From positions 62,001-126,000 of the forward strand of contig JABANN010000018.1 of NCBI GenBank assembly GCA_013115125.1: DNA of 64,000 nucleotides, in the 5' to 3' direction. How positions within the stretch are numbered: position 1 is the stretch's first letter; each line of letters starts with the position of its first letter. Both the position numbers and the translations under genes were made by a program. This DNA is from Perkinsus olseni (taxonomy: Eukaryota). Positions 62,883 through 64,000 of this stretch are shown here, piece after piece. The notes beneath the pieces were generated by a model. It saw nothing but the letters and a program-made list of their open reading frames with translations, had not been told where the DNA came from and made no database searches.

Positions 62883-63737
62883 TCAGTAGCGGAGTTTGAC
62901 TTGTCGGAGTGGTGAAACCAGGGACATTGGTTCGAAAACAACAATGTGGCCACAGGGGCTGATTTGATAGCGAGGTCGAGCCGCTACGGGAATCCGAGTG
63001 CTGGCGATCACTCTGGGAGGGCCGTGCAGTCCAACGTAGTAGAGAAGAAGTTTCTGCCTCTCAGAGACATCTCCTTCACGGGTCGATATTAGGACCACAT
63101 CCGGTGTGACGAAACGAAAGGTGCAGGGGCGGCCATAGGTTCCATCGTACGTGACCCGCCTCGCAGGCTGGTCACCATCCCACAACAGGAACGCCTCATC
63201 ATCCTCATCATTTCCTCGGGGCCACCAGAGTGCCCCCACCCTCAACACTCCCTCGGCTGTGACTGTTGCGTCGAAGCAATCGCAGTGGTTCACGTCATCG
63301 TAGGACAAGGAGCCGATCTTCATCCACTTGAGCGTTACAAGATGCAGTTCCCAGAGCTCCGCCTCCTCAGTGCGATGGGAGAGGAAGTAGAGATGGGTCT
63401 CAGACGACCCAATACGGTACGTTATTCGGCTGGGAGGAAGCCCGGCGTCTCTCTTCTGGCCCGTCACGTACATGATCCAATAGCCGCACCTTCTTTCCTG
63501 TCCGTCTCCGAAGGGATAGAGCATGACATCGCAGCAGCCACCGGGATATCGGCGGGCACAGCACCTCGCTGCATCGAGGTCGCATTTCTTCGTCGTATCA
63601 TCGAAGCCTCGGGGGTCTCGACGGCCGAAGAACTGCACAGTGAGGAAACGAGGGCCGATGAGTTGATGGGCAATCCTTTGGAATACACGCTCGCATGCCC
63701 GAAGGTCCATAGCCAGATTGGAGGCACCGCGGACCAT
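62883..63737 (-). CDS. Intronless hypothetical protein, tandem paralog B
   Basis: Long ORF (open from 63908); MVRGASNLAMDLRACERVFQR…QFFGRRDPRG is nearly identical to paralog A. Confidence 0.75.
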   Translation of the reverse strand: MVRGASNLAMDLRACERVFQRIAHQLIGPRFLTVQFFGRRDPRGFDDTTKKCDLDAARCCARRYPGGCCDVMLYPFGDGQERRCGYWIMYVTGQKRDAGLPPSRITYRIGSSETHLYFLSHRTEEAELWELHLVTLKWMKIGSLSYDDVNHCDCFDATVTAEGVLRVGALWWPRGNDEDDEAFLLWDGDQPARRVTYDGTYGRPCTFRFVTPDVVLISTREGDVSERQKLLLYYVGLHGPPRVIASTRIPVAARPRYQISPCGHIVVFEPMSLVSPLRQVKLRY

Positions 63738-64000
63738 GAAAGAGAACAACGAACGGCTCTGCAGAGGCGAGGAGACCTTCGAGTTCAACTCTACAGCAAC
63801 AAGAGAGCATCCTTGCAGCAGCAGCAGCAGCCACCGGACCCAGCTGAGGATGTGAGAGGTGGGAGGATACGACTTATCATTATCCGTTGGTCTCGCCACT
63901 TCTCTCAATTGCAGCTCGTATTCTTACTTCCTACGAAGTAAGTGTTTATCCCAGAGATTCCATGTGCGCTGTAATTGAGTATCAACTAAACACCCTCGTT

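Noticed and set aside
63285..63941. 218-aa plus-strand ORF
   Set aside because: Antisense to paralog B, whose minus-strand frame is supported by homology to paralog A.

Overview
Gene-dense eukaryotic protist DNA with many short (about 40-200 nt) GT-AG introns and alveolate-type genes. It most resembles Perkinsus, which is inferred from gene style and not proven. Recognisable genes, assembled by hand across introns: FHA/RING-CH/FHA protein, pepsin-family aspartyl protease, prokaryote-type RNase HI with an N-terminal extension, dephospho-CoA kinase, RING-H2 protein, GT34-like glycosyltransferase, RPS3A, two SR-type RRM proteins, APC-family polyamine transporter, FkbM methyltransferase, CELF/Bruno RNA-binding protein, CYTH thiamine-triphosphatase-like protein, BCS1, a gamma-glutamyl hydrolase fragment, Pus7/TruD, AlaX editing protein, HIBADH, mitochondrial ferredoxin, and a tandem pair of intronless paralogs. 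Genes lie in long same-strand blocks. No rRNA, tRNA, CRISPR array or clear transposon was seen. The most notable signals are a TBP-like-domain/RNase HI fusion, recurrent chained palindromes with 1-nt centres, a Cys module shared by two secreted enzymes, and a small protein with repeated GRFxV motifs. Exon boundaries are manual and approximate.
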